Numbered from the stretch's first letter, positions 41,968 through 51,240 are shown. The stretch: 64,000 bases of DNA from Gemmatimonadota bacterium (GCA_031400975.1 JANNQX010000269.1:10687-74686); one strand, 5' to 3'. The notes: generated by a model from the letters alone, not told the origin. Program-made: numbers and translations.

Positions 41968-44900
41968 ACCCCACCTACGGATCGCTGGAGCGGCCGGGTG
42001 TAATCCAGCCGAAGGATCAGGAAGTTAAGGACATTGGCCCGGAGGGAAACCCCGTAGCTGGTCAGGGGGGTCCGGGTACAGGTGCCCAGTAGCTGGCCGG
42101 TCTGACCATTCCGACTACAGACATTGGTTTGGCCGGCCGACCGTTTGAGTTGCACGGTCATGCCATCCTCCCAGAACACCCCCGCGTCGAAGAAGACCGC
42201 CGCCTCAAGGGCTCCGGGAAATCCCCGGATCGGAATGAAGCCCAGCCCCCCGGCTATCAGTGGGAACCGGACTTCGGCATTGAACACCGCCGCCCGGGTC
42301 CCGATCAGCTCATCGAAAGACGAACAGCCGGTGATCGATTGCTGGTCATTGGATTCGAGGCATTCATTTTTCCGGAACGACCCGGCGGTATACCCCCGAA
42401 TCAGCTCGGTGTTCCCACCGTAGAAGCGGAACCTGCTTTCATCACGACCCATTCGGCCATAGAACATCCCGCGGGTCGCGAGGACGACGTTGCCGATCAG
42501 TCGATCGTAGCGCCGCATATCCGCCGTCACCGAGGTGAACTTCCATCCCTCGCCGATCACCTCGAAGTTCTGGCCGACTTCAAATCGAGACCGGCGTCCG
42601 AGAAACGGGCCCACGTAGGCGGACAGTGAGTTGTCATGCACGTAGGCAAGTGATGGCTGGAGGTAGGTGATGCTCTCGAGGCCCCTGGTCTCTAACGTCG
42701 GCTGCCGGCTCGGAAGGCCGGAATTGCTGAAATACGGTTCCCGGATCTCGAGGATATCGTTCTGAATATTGGCGAACGAGACGGTCCCTTCCACTCGCGA
42801 GAAACGAGTGAACGGATAGAATCCCTGGGCTGAGATGTCGCGGAGGACCAGCCGTTGGATACTGGTGATGAAGGTGGTCTCTTGGTTCGTTGGTCCCGGT
42901 TCGAGCGAGCTGTTGTTGTAGAAGAAGTACGGCTGCTGCTGGATCCCGAACGCCCAGTTGAAGCGGTTCTTCAAGTTGACATATTGGGCCACGAACTGGG
43001 TTTCCGGGAGCCGGCCGTTCAGGGAGGCTCCAAACACCAGTTGCTGGTTCGAAAGCATGTCACCGAGGACCACGGTGGCCGAGCCGGTGACGCCGCGCCC
43101 AAAGTTGTCGCGGGTATACCCGATCGTGGGGCGGGCAACGTATTCCGCTTCAAACTTGGTCTTATACGGACGGTGGATGAAATCGGTGGTGTCGGGCGCC
43201 TTGATGTCGACCGAATCGAGCAGCTTGGCGATGGTCAGCGGCCCCGCGGCGTCTTTGACCGAATCGGCCGTAGGGGGTAGGGAATCGGTTCGCCGAAAGC
43301 CGGTGGGTCCGCGATAGAGCGCGCTGGAAGTCAAAACTTCCGGCGACTTCGGGGTTGCCGCCGCTTGGGCCGAGTCCTGGACCACCGGACGAAAGGCCGG
43401 AACCGGCTGCGATTGGACCAGGACTTGGATCGGGGCCTGATTTGGCACCCAGGGCGCCTTCTTCAGCGTGCGCGGGTTCGCGAGCGAGTAGATATCGTAC
43501 TTCCCCTGCTCGAAGTAGACGAAAGCCATCCGGTCGGAACCGCGGGACCAGGACAGTACCGGCGAGAGCGGGGTGATGCCCTGAACCCCAGTGTAGAAAT
43601 CGGTCAGCTGATAAACCTGTCGGTCGCCGAGGTCGTACAGGTAGAGGTTGGCGACCTCGTTGCGGTCGGAAACGAACCCGATGGATTGGCCGTCGGGCGC
43701 CCATTGGGGGCTCGAGTTTCGGCCATGATCCATCCCTGGGAGGACCTCGATGGTCCCGGTGTCGAGGTGGAAGAGCGCGATCCGCAGCTGGCCCCATTTG
43801 AGGGATGCGAAATCGGTCAACGGCCCCCGGTCGGTCGCGAAGGCAATTGTCTTGCCGTCCGGCGACCAGACCGGGTGGAGGTCGGCGAACTTGTCATTGG
43901 TCAGCCGCTTGAAGCCGGTACCGTCGACGTTGATCAGGTAGAGATCTGAGATCCCACCTTCGAGCCCGGTGAAAACGACTTGCTTCCCATCCGGACTGAA
44001 AGTCGGGGTCGTGACCCCCGACAACGGCACGGTGATTCCCCGAACTTGCCGGTTCTTCGCGGGATCGACGATCACGATATCGTCCTTGCCTCCGCGCTTG
44101 GCCGCGAAGGTCAGCATGGTTCCGTCTTCGGACCAGGCTGCCGACGACGTGAAGTATCGAAACGTCTCGTAGTTACCCGTAAAGCTAGAGTTGAGCAGCC
44201 GCCGAATCGGCTTGCCGGTGTTGCCATCGGCCATCCACAAGTCGATGAAGAAGAAGTCCTTTTCGCTGAAGTAGACGACTCGGGATCCGTCCGGTGAGAG
44301 GGCGGGGGCCAAGTGCCAGGTCCCTTCCGAGGTCTTCTGGTTCAGCAGCGGAGCGGCCACCGCCCGGGCCTTGACCCGCTTCCCGATCTCCGGGAGGTAT
44401 TGCTTGGTCACCGCGTCTTGCCACTGGACCACCAATTGGTCGAAGGTCATGCCGAGAACCCGGCGGAGCGACGTTTCGAGTCCGCCCCCGATCGCGTTCT
44501 TGGTAATAGCTCCGATGGCCTCGTCGCCCCAACGTTGCCCGATATAGGTGACGAGCGCGTGCCCGAATTGATACGGGAATACCTGGAGGAAATCGTTTGC
44601 CGATGGGAGCTTGCCTTCAATAGCGCCATCGCGGAGCCACATCGCGGTCTTGGTGTCGATTGGGCCGAGGGATAAGTACTCCGACATCCCCTCACCGAAC
44701 CAGAGCGGGGCATTGGCGCTGATGATGCCCTGGATGCCCGCGCCCCCCCGGCCACGACTCCAGATGTCAAACTGAAATTGGTGGACCATTTCGTGCGCCA
44801 GGACGTGCTCGTTGTCCGCGTACGAACCGGTCAGCGGGAACGTGTTTCGATGGCGGAGGAAGTCGGTGAAGCCGCCGGTGCCTTCATCGACGCCGCCGCC

Positions 44901-45209
44901 GCCGAGGTTCGTTTGTTGGAAGTCGGTGTGCGAGCTGTACAAGATGATTGGCTTGCGTTCCTCGAACTCGTGATTGAGAATCCGAGACAGTCGGGCGTAC
45001 GAGCGTTCCGCCATTCGGGCGACGTCGAGCGCCGCTGGACGTTCGCTCTCGTAGTAATAGACATCGAAATGTTCGGTTTGGATAATCTTGAAATCAAACC
45101 GGCCGTATTGAACCCGGTTCCGACCGAAGTATTGGGCCGAAACCAGGGCGGGGGCCAGGATCAGCCCAAGGAGCAACGGGATGAGGCGACGCATGATCAG
45201 GCCTTTCAT
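41937..45209 (-). CDS. multidomain outer-membrane protein: HExxH (MA-clan-like) domain + PD40/TolB-type propeller repeats + Omp85-type (bacterial surface antigen) beta-barrel
   Basis: Signal peptide (RRLIPLLLGLILAPALVSAQ). HEMVH at aa 139-143 with downstream WFGEGMSEY. PD40 repeats (LSPDGSRVVYF, FSPDGKQVVFT, WSPDGKTIAFA, WAPDGQSIGFV). Omp85 barrel motifs (FYGGNTELIRGY, AVFNAEVRFPL, AAVFFDAGVFW, LRLDYTRPL) and a terminal Phe. Confidence 0.85.
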   Translation of the reverse strand: MKGLIMRRLIPLLLGLILAPALVSAQYFGRNRVQYGRFDFKIIQTEHFDVYYYESERPAALDVARMAERSYARLSRILNHEFEERKPIILYSSHTDFQQTNLGGGGVDEGTGGFTDFLRHRNTFPLTGSYADNEHVLAHEMVHQFQFDIWSRGRGGAGIQGIISANAPLWFGEGMSEYLSLGPIDTKTAMWLRDGAIEGKLPSANDFLQVFPYQFGHALVTYIGQRWGDEAIGAITKNAIGGGLETSLRRVLGMTFDQLVVQWQDAVTKQYLPEIGKRVKARAVAAPLLNQKTSEGTWHLAPALSPDGSRVVYFSEKDFFFIDLWMADGNTGKPIRRLLNSSFTGNYETFRYFTSSAAWSEDGTMLTFAAKRGGKDDIVIVDPAKNRQVRGITVPLSGVTTPTFSPDGKQVVFTGLEGGISDLYLINVDGTGFKRLTNDKFADLHPVWSPDGKTIAFATDRGPLTDFASLKWGQLRIALFHLDTGTIEVLPGMDHGRNSSPQWAPDGQSIGFVSDRNEVANLYLYDLGDRQVYQLTDFYTGVQGITPLSPVLSWSRGSDRMAFVYFEQGKYDIYSLANPRTLKKAPWVPNQAPIQVLVQSQPVPAFRPVVQDSAQAAATPKSPEVLTSSALYRGPTGFRRTDSLPPTADSVKDAAGPLTIAKLLDSVDIKAPDTTDFIHRPYKTKFEAEYVARPTIGYTRDNFGRGVTGSATVVLGDMLSNQQLVFGASLNGRLPETQFVAQYVNLKNRFNWAFGIQQQPYFFYNNSSLEPGPTNQETTFITSIQRLVLRDISAQGFYPFTRFSRVEGTVSFANIQNDILEIREPYFSNSGLPSRQPTLETRGLESITYLQPSLAYVHDNSLSAYVGPFLGRRSRFEVGQNFEVIGEGWKFTSVTADMRRYDRLIGNVVLATRGMFYGRMGRDESRFRFYGGNTELIRGYTAGSFRKNECLESNDQQSITGCSSFDELIGTRAAVFNAEVRFPLIAGGLGFIPIRGFPGALEAAVFFDAGVFWEDGMTVQLKRSAGQTNVCSRNGQTGQLLGTCTRTPLTSYGVSLRANVLNFLILRLDYTRPLQRSVGGVWTISLGPTF

Positions 45210-45562
45210 TCGGGCGCCGGCGTGAAGCTGACAACGGGTGCATCATTCCAGAGTCGCTCGAGTTGGTAGAAGCGGCGCGCCTCCGGGTGAAAAACGTGGA
45301 CGACAAAATCAAAGAAATCGAGCAGAGCCCAGCGTCCCCCCTGGAGGCCCTCGACGTGATGGGGATGGATTCCGAGTCGGGCCAGCCGCTCGAGGATCGA
45401 CGACGCGACACCGCGGACGTGGGCGTCGGAGGTCCCGCTCGCCACGACGTAGTAGTCAGTGGCATTAGACAGCCCCCGTAAATCGAGGGCAACGATCTGC
45501 TGGGCGTTTCGGTCGTCGGCCGCTTCCAGGGCGGCCTGGATCGCGGACGGCAGTCGTTTCAT
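45206..45562 (-). CDS. rsfS: ribosome silencing factor RsfS
   Basis: Trimmed to ATG 45562 (118 aa). IVALDLRGLSNATDYYVVASGTSDAHVRGVA...GGRWALLDFFDFVVHVFHPEARRFYQLERLW. Confidence 0.92.
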   Translation of the reverse strand: MKRLPSAIQAALEAADDRNAQQIVALDLRGLSNATDYYVVASGTSDAHVRGVASSILERLARLGIHPHHVEGLQGGRWALLDFFDFVVHVFHPEARRFYQLERLWNDAPVVSFTPAPE

Positions 45563-45569
45563 TCGGACG

Positions 45570-47408
45570 TCAACCACGGGGGCCTTTGTCTGGTTGCGCA
45601 GGGGTACCATCCTCGACCTGGTAACATACGGCCCAGGCGCCTGGGCCTGCGTGTGTGCCCAAGACGCCAGTGGCAAGGACCACGAAGCAGTCCCGGGGCT
45701 GATAGGCCGCCACCAACGCGGTCCGCAACCGCTCGGCGACTTCCGGGTTTTCGGCGTGGGCGATCCCGAACCGAAGGGCCTTGGGCCGCGGCGTAAGGGC
45801 ACGGTCCACCCAATGGAGGACCCGAGCCACCAACTGCTCGCGGCCCCGAACCCGGTCGATCGGGACGACTCGCCCGGTTTGATCGAGTGACAGGATCGGC
45901 TTGACGTCGAGCATGCCGGCAAGCCATGCCTTTCCTCTCGATACGCGGCCAGATCGCAAAAGGTTCTCATAGCGGTCGACTGTCAAAAACAGCCCCGATT
46001 GGGACCGTACCCTTTCAAGCTCTTTGACAATTGCTTTTGCGCTCCACCCTGACTCGGCCAGTTCGCCCGCCCGGAGGGCCAACAACCCAAGGCCAAGGGA
46101 GGCCGACTTGCTGTCAAAGATCTCGATGCGCTCGAGCTGGGCCGCCTTGACCGCGGCCTGACCGGCCTGGACGGTGCCCGACAGCCCGCCCGAGAGGAGG
46201 ACGGCCACGACTTCGTCGGCCTCAGCGAGACTGGACCGGAATGTCTTGATGAACTCGCCGGGCGTCGGCTGCGAGGTCGTGGGCAGGTCCTTCGCGGTTC
46301 GAAGCTTACGGTAGAACTCCTCAGGCTTGAGGACGACTCGGTCGCGGTAGCTGGTGTCCCCAAAGGTGACTTGGAGGGGGATCAGGGCGATCCGGTGCCG
46401 ATCGAGGACTGAGTCGGGGAGGTCGGCCGACGAGTCGGTCACGATTGCCACCGGCCGCCGTTCGGGGTGCCCGAGCCCTAAGTGCTGGGCCCGCATGTCG
46501 TCAGCCTTGCGAGAGGCCACGGTCCCCCACCGGCCGGCCGCGGCGTAGACCGCCTCAGGCGTATCCGTGTGGACGTGGATCTTCAAAATGTCCCCGATCT
46601 GGGCCACTACCACGGAGCCACCGTACTGATGGAGCAGGGTCCGAACCTCATTCGAGGGCGGGAGGTGATCGCCTCGAATGACGCATTCGGTGCAAAACTG
46701 GTAGTCCCGCTCGGCGGCCACCACGAACTCGGCCGCGGGATTGAATCCAGGCTCATGGCTTAAGGTGGGGGCGGCAAGAATCGGATCGCCTTCGATCAGC
46801 CGGACGACGCCTTCGAGCATCCGGACAAAGCCCTTACCTCCGGCATCCACCACCCCGGCTTCGCGGAGCACGGCCAGGAGCGAGGGCGTTCGGGCCAGGG
46901 CCTCCTGGCCCTCGGCCAGCATCTTTCGCATGAACTCCGCCAGGTCGACACTGGTCTCGGCCGCCTTCTCGGCGGCGGTGGCGGCGTCGCGAGCCACGGT
47001 GAGAATGGTGCCTTCGCGGGGCTCGTCGAGCGAAAGGTACAGGGTGTCCGAGGCCCGCCGGAGGGCTGCGGCGATGACCGAGGCGGTCGCGGTGGCCCGG
47101 TCGCCGATCGATTCGGAAAATCCGAGGAGAAAATGGGCCAACAACATCCCGGAATTCCCGCGAGCACCGAGGACCGCCGCGCGGGCGGCCGTCTGGGCCG
47201 TGGTCCCGAGCGGAGCATCGCCCTGGGCTTGAAGCGCGTCGGCGACGGCGCGAAGGGTCAAGCTGAAATTGGTCCCGGTGTCGCCGTCCGGCACCGGGAA
47301 TACATTCAGCCGGTTGATCTCATCTCGCCCGGCCTGGACCCAGTCGGCCGCCGCATACATGGACCGAGCCAGCCTCGGTCCGTCCACATACGCGATGCCG
47401 ACTGGCAT
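45570..47408 (-). CDS. fusion protein: DhaL/Dak2 (FakA/YloV-like N-terminal + middle domains) fused to a DegV (FakB-like) fatty-acid-binding domain
   Basis: N-terminus: INRLNVFPVPDGDTGTNFSLT (Dak2). Middle: YQFCTECVIRG. C-terminus: VAIVTDSSADLP...PLQVTFGDTSYRD...LPTTSQPTPGEF...LSGGLSGTVQAGQ...IFDSKSASLGLGLL...DRYENLLRSGRVS...KPIL (canonical DegV). Confidence 0.85.
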   Translation of the reverse strand: MPVGIAYVDGPRLARSMYAAADWVQAGRDEINRLNVFPVPDGDTGTNFSLTLRAVADALQAQGDAPLGTTAQTAARAAVLGARGNSGMLLAHFLLGFSESIGDRATATASVIAAALRRASDTLYLSLDEPREGTILTVARDAATAAEKAAETSVDLAEFMRKMLAEGQEALARTPSLLAVLREAGVVDAGGKGFVRMLEGVVRLIEGDPILAAPTLSHEPGFNPAAEFVVAAERDYQFCTECVIRGDHLPPSNEVRTLLHQYGGSVVVAQIGDILKIHVHTDTPEAVYAAAGRWGTVASRKADDMRAQHLGLGHPERRPVAIVTDSSADLPDSVLDRHRIALIPLQVTFGDTSYRDRVVLKPEEFYRKLRTAKDLPTTSQPTPGEFIKTFRSSLAEADEVVAVLLSGGLSGTVQAGQAAVKAAQLERIEIFDSKSASLGLGLLALRAGELAESGWSAKAIVKELERVRSQSGLFLTVDRYENLLRSGRVSRGKAWLAGMLDVKPILSLDQTGRVVPIDRVRGREQLVARVLHWVDRALTPRPKALRFGIAHAENPEVAERLRTALVAAYQPRDCFVVLATGVLGTHAGPGAWAVCYQVEDGTPAQPDKGPRG

Positions 47409-47411
47409 CGG

Positions 47412-47855
47412 CTATTCCGGCTCCACCGTCACCTTGAATTCGGCCCGGACCTCCGGGTGGAGCCGGACGGCGACCGAGTGGAACCCCAATTGTTTGATCG
47501 GGTGTTCGAGTTCAATCTTCCGCTTGTCGATCGAGAAGCCGGCCTTTCCGAGCGCCTCGGCCAAATCGCCGGTCGTGATCGAGCCGAAGAGTTTGTCGCC
47601 CTCGCCGGCTTTAGCCTTGAGCTTGAGGTGAGCGGCCTCGAGTTTCGCCGCCAAGTCGGCCGCTTCGCTTTTTTCGGCCGAGTGCTTGGCGACCCGGGAG
47701 CGTTGCTCGGTTTCAATCCGCTTTTTGTTGCCCGCGGTGGCTTCGAACGCCAAGCCCTGAGGCAACAGGAAATTCCGACCGTAGCCGGGTTTGACTCGAA
47801 CCAAGGCGCCAGCCTTGCCGAGCCCTTTCACGTCTTCACGAAGAATGACTTCCAT
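47412..47855 (-). CDS. rplI: 50S ribosomal protein L9
   Basis: Trimmed to ATG 47855 with GGAGG RBS 5 nt upstream. MEVILREDVKGLGKAGALVRVKPGYGRNFLLPQGLA. Confidence 0.95.
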   Translation of the reverse strand: MEVILREDVKGLGKAGALVRVKPGYGRNFLLPQGLAFEATAGNKKRIETEQRSRVAKHSAEKSEAADLAAKLEAAHLKLKAKAGEGDKLFGSITTGDLAEALGKAGFSIDKRKIELEHPIKQLGFHSVAVRLHPEVRAEFKVTVEPE

Positions 47856-48714
47856 CACTACCTCCAGCGGGAACCGGTCGGTTCCGGAAATCGAGCCAGG
47901 TATCAGCCAGCCCGAGGGTGACCAGCGTTCCGAACGCAATTGGGAGCGCTAGAACGGCGAAAGAAACCAACAACAGTTTGCCGGGAAACGGCCATGACCT
48001 CGCCCCGGTTTGGGCCACCGCCAACCCGCGGATGGCGTACAGGCCGACCCAAACCACCAGGGTATTGTTGGCGACCCGGGCGGCGGGCTCGCCCAATGGT
48101 AGCAGGGCCGCAGCCAAGGTAAAGATAGCACCCCAAACGAAGTGGTCGTTGAATCGAAACGCCTGCCACGGATTGGGAGCCGGTGGCAACGGACGAGCCG
48201 CGATTCGGTGGTACCAGTGCCAGGCCAACCCCAGTCCCAGGAGCGTTTGGAGCCCAACCAATCCCAGAAATAGACGACCAACGGAGTCGGCCGAGTCTCT
48301 GGTTGCGACGGCCTGTTCGCCGGGGGCCCCCTCAAGCAACCGATCCAGCGAGCTCCGGATCTGGGCCGCGACAGCGGCATCGACCGCGCGAAGGTCAAGT
48401 GAGAACCAAGCGACCCAGATGGCCAAGCCGATGCCAGCGGCGCCGATGGCGATCAGACCCCGGGTGACGGTCGGTGCCCTCGGCAGGGCGTGGCACACCA
48501 CGACGAAGGCTGCCGCCGCGAGGAGCCCGACGGTGCTGATCATGCGGGACGTCAGGTCGGTGGAGCTTGCGTCGAAGAGGAGCTTCAGGCTGCCGGCGGT
48601 GGCCAAGAAGATCCAGAGCCACTCCCGGAGGGTCTTTGGACCGGAAAAGAGCAATAGCAGGGCCAAGGGGGCCAAGAGGAAAAGTGGTGGCGCCAAAAGG
48701 AGAAACGCCACCAC
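47836..48714 (-). CDS. multi-pass membrane protein, probably DUF2232 (YybS-like)
   Basis: 292 aa with 6-8 TM helices. Its position between rpsR and rplI mirrors yybS in Firmicutes. The call rests on synteny and topology only. Confidence 0.5.
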   Translation of the reverse strand: MVAFLLLAPPLFLLAPLALLLLFSGPKTLREWLWIFLATAGSLKLLFDASSTDLTSRMISTVGLLAAAAFVVVCHALPRAPTVTRGLIAIGAAGIGLAIWVAWFSLDLRAVDAAVAAQIRSSLDRLLEGAPGEQAVATRDSADSVGRLFLGLVGLQTLLGLGLAWHWYHRIAARPLPPAPNPWQAFRFNDHFVWGAIFTLAAALLPLGEPAARVANNTLVVWVGLYAIRGLAVAQTGARSWPFPGKLLLVSFAVLALPIAFGTLVTLGLADTWLDFRNRPVPAGGSDGSHSS

Positions 48715-48764
48715 CAGGATTGCTGTGCTGAACGCGGGGCGCGGCCCCGTTTCCGACGGCGTGG

Positions 48765-48986
48765 TCAGCCCGCGTACCCCTTGATATAGGGCAGGATCGC
48801 GAGATAGCGCGCCCGCTTGATCGCCACCGCGAGTTGGCGCTGATGGCGGGCCGTCACGCCGCTGAGTCGCCGGGGAAGGATCTTGCCCCGCTCAGTCAGA
48901 AAACGGGACAGCAGTTTCTCATCCTTATAGTCGACGATCCGGATCCGGAGTTCCGCTAGCGGATCGCCTTTTCGATGGCGGCTCAT
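48765..48986 (-). CDS. rpsR: 30S ribosomal protein S18
   Basis: [51 protein letters not shown]. Confidence 0.95.
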   Translation of the reverse strand: MSRHRKGDPLAELRIRIVDYKDEKLLSRFLTERGKILPRRLSGVTARHQRQLAVAIKRARYLAILPYIKGYAG

Positions 48987-49336
48987 TCGTCATCCTCCTC
49001 TTCAGAATCGGCCGGCTTGACGGCGGCGTAGTTCGGGGGCGTCGGCGGCTCATCATTGACCACGACGAGGTGGCGGATGACGGCATCGTCGAGCTTGATG
49101 GCTCGCTCAAACTCGGGGAGGGTCTTCGCCTCCGCACTGAACGTCGCGACGACGTAGTAGCCGGTCTCCCGCTTTTTGATTTGATAGGACAGTTGGCGAC
49201 GGCCCCAATGGTTCAACTGGGGAGCCTCGGCGTCCGGCGCGGCGACGAGCGCGTGAAACGCGGCGAGTTTGGCATTGATGGTCTCTTCGTCCAGTGCAGG
49301 ATCGAAGATGTAGACCACCTCATACGGTCGGGCCAT
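48983..49336 (-). CDS. rpsF: 30S ribosomal protein S6
   Basis: ATG 49336 with GGAAGG RBS 5 nt upstream. [18 protein letters not shown]...[21 protein letters not shown]. Acidic tail. Its stop overlaps the rpsR start. Confidence 0.95.
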   Translation of the reverse strand: MARPYEVVYIFDPALDEETINAKLAAFHALVAAPDAEAPQLNHWGRRQLSYQIKKRETGYYVVATFSAEAKTLPEFERAIKLDDAVIRHLVVVNDEPPTPPNYAAVKPADSEEEDDE

Positions 49337-49410
49337 GCACACCTTCCTTTGGTCAAGTTTGCCCCGGCCCTGGGTGCGGAGGGCCGAGGAGGATAGTTTT
49401 TCGAAGGCGG

Positions 49411-49439
49411 AACATAGCTCCAGGCGACCGCGGTGTCAA
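49411..49439 (-). promoter_or_regulatory. sigma-70-type promoter of rpsF-rpsR operon
   Basis: On the minus strand: TTGACA (49439-49434), 17-nt spacer, TATGTT (49416-49411). This predicts a 5' UTR of about 68 nt. Confidence 0.55.
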
Positions 49440-49476
49440 ACCCAAAGCCCTTTGGAATGAACAAGTTAGGAGGTCC

Positions 49477-50142
49477 ATGCGAATCGAATCGATCCAAACC
49501 GGTCAGCCGAGAACTATGGGGAACCCGAACGCCTCGGAGTCCCTCGACGGGCTCTGGACCAGTGCGATTTGGAAAGAGCCGGTAGAGGGCCGGGTATCGG
49601 CCGGGGCTCTGGGTTTGAGCGGCGACAGCCAGGTCTATAAAAAGGGGCATGGTGGGCCGGAGCGGGCCCTTTTGTGGTACCCGATCGAACACTACCAGGA
49701 CTGGCGCTCCGAGTGGGCGACGAAGGACGCGGGCCCCGGGGGATTCGGCGAAAACCTCACTGTCAGCGGGCTGTCAGAACGGTCGGTTTGCGTCGGGGAT
49801 TTGTTCCAGCTTGGCGAGCTCCGGGTCGAGGTGTCGGGGCCTCGAGAGCCGTGTCTGAACCTGGTCCGCCGGTTTCGGAGGCCGGAGGTCATTGAGCGCG
49901 TCGTGGCGACCGATCGGAGCGGCTGGTACGTCCGGGTCCTCAACGAAGGATGGCTGGAACGAGGCCTGGCCATTGCCCTGGTCGACCGGCCCTACCCGCA
50001 GTGGACGATCGCCCGGGCGGCCCGGGTCAAACGGGAGCGGAGCCGCAACACCGCCGAGGCCCGGCTGCTGGCATCGTGCGGAGCCCTGCTGGCGGATTGG
50101 CGAACCAAACTCGGCGTTGTGGCGCTGCCCGCTATACGTTGA
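49477..50142 (+). CDS. MOSC domain-containing protein (YiiM-like)
   Basis: Trimmed to ATG 49477 with AGGAGG RBS. GLSGDSQVYKKGHGGPERALLWYP...GENLTVSGL...VCVGDLFQLGELRVEVSGPREPCLNL. Confidence 0.85.
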   Translation: MRIESIQTGQPRTMGNPNASESLDGLWTSAIWKEPVEGRVSAGALGLSGDSQVYKKGHGGPERALLWYPIEHYQDWRSEWATKDAGPGGFGENLTVSGLSERSVCVGDLFQLGELRVEVSGPREPCLNLVRRFRRPEVIERVVATDRSGWYVRVLNEGWLERGLAIALVDRPYPQWTIARAARVKRERSRNTAEARLLASCGALLADWRTKLGVVALPAIR

Positions 50143-51229
50143 AGCGGAACAGAAGGACGTCGCCGTCTTGGACGACGTATTCCTTGCCTTCGGAGCGGAC
50201 CAGTCCCTGTTCTCGAGCTGGTTTCCAGCCGCCAACCCGGACGAAGTCAGCGAATCCAACCGTTTCGGCCCGAATGAACCCCCGCTCGAAATCAGTGTGG
50301 ATGACGGCGGCTGCCTCCGGAGCTCGATCGCCGGTGTGGATGGTCCAGGCCCGAACCTCTTTTTCACCGGCGGTGAAATAGCTCTGGAGGCCCAAGAGGT
50401 GATAGGCCCCGCGGGCTAGGCGATCGAGGCCCGACTCGGTCAAGCCTAACGAGTCAAGGAAGTCTTTCCGGTCCTCCGGTGCGAGCTCCGCCAACTCCAT
50501 CTCGACCTGGGCCGAAAACAGGACGACCTCAGCCGATTCGTCGGCGGCGGTGATCGCCGCCTGCAGGGCGGTGACATGGGCGTTACCCTGGTTGATGTCC
50601 CCCTCGCCGACGTTCGCGGCGTAGAGCACGGGCTTGGCGGTCAACAGGTTGAATTGCCGGAAGGTGGCGGCTTCCTCCTGGGTGGGGACCACCGACCGGG
50701 CCGGCAGCCCCTCGGCAAGCGCGGCCTGGAGCGCCGTCAGCAGTTTGGCCTCCAACTTGGCCTGGGGGTCGCCGGATCGAGCCGCCCGGACGCTCTTATC
50801 GAGACGCTTTTCGACGGCGGCGAGATCAGCGAGCCCCAACTCAATGTTGATGACCTCTCGATCGCGGACCGGATCGACTGGGCCCATCACGTGTTGGATG
50901 TCGTCGTCCTCGAAGCATCGAACGACATGGACGATGGCATCGACTTCCCGGATGTTAGCGAGAAATTGGTTCCCGAGGCCTTCGCCCTGGCTGGCGCCCT
51001 TCACCAGCCCCGCGATGTCGAGGAACTCGACGACGGCGGGGACCGTCCGTTCCGGCTTGACGAACTCAGCAATCCGGCCCAGGCGGGGATCGGGGACTTC
51101 AACGACGCCGGTGTTGGGCTCGATGGTCGCGAACGGATAGTTCGCGACCAGCGCCTTAGCCGAAGTCAGGGCATTGAATAGAGTCGACTTCCCAACGTTC
51201 GGAAGTCCGACGATTCCGAGTCGAAGCAA
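50132..51229 (-). CDS. ychF: redox-regulated ATPase YchF
   Basis: LRLGIVGLPNVGKSTLFNALT, DIAGLVKGASQGEGLGNQFL, and the C-terminal TGS-like RAWTIHTGDRAPEAAAVIHTDFERGFIRAE. Confidence 0.96.
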   Translation of the reverse strand: MLRLGIVGLPNVGKSTLFNALTSAKALVANYPFATIEPNTGVVEVPDPRLGRIAEFVKPERTVPAVVEFLDIAGLVKGASQGEGLGNQFLANIREVDAIVHVVRCFEDDDIQHVMGPVDPVRDREVINIELGLADLAAVEKRLDKSVRAARSGDPQAKLEAKLLTALQAALAEGLPARSVVPTQEEAATFRQFNLLTAKPVLYAANVGEGDINQGNAHVTALQAAITAADESAEVVLFSAQVEMELAELAPEDRKDFLDSLGLTESGLDRLARGAYHLLGLQSYFTAGEKEVRAWTIHTGDRAPEAAAVIHTDFERGFIRAETVGFADFVRVGGWKPAREQGLVRSEGKEYVVQDGDVLLFRFNV

Positions 51230-51240
51230 TCAGGCCACGG

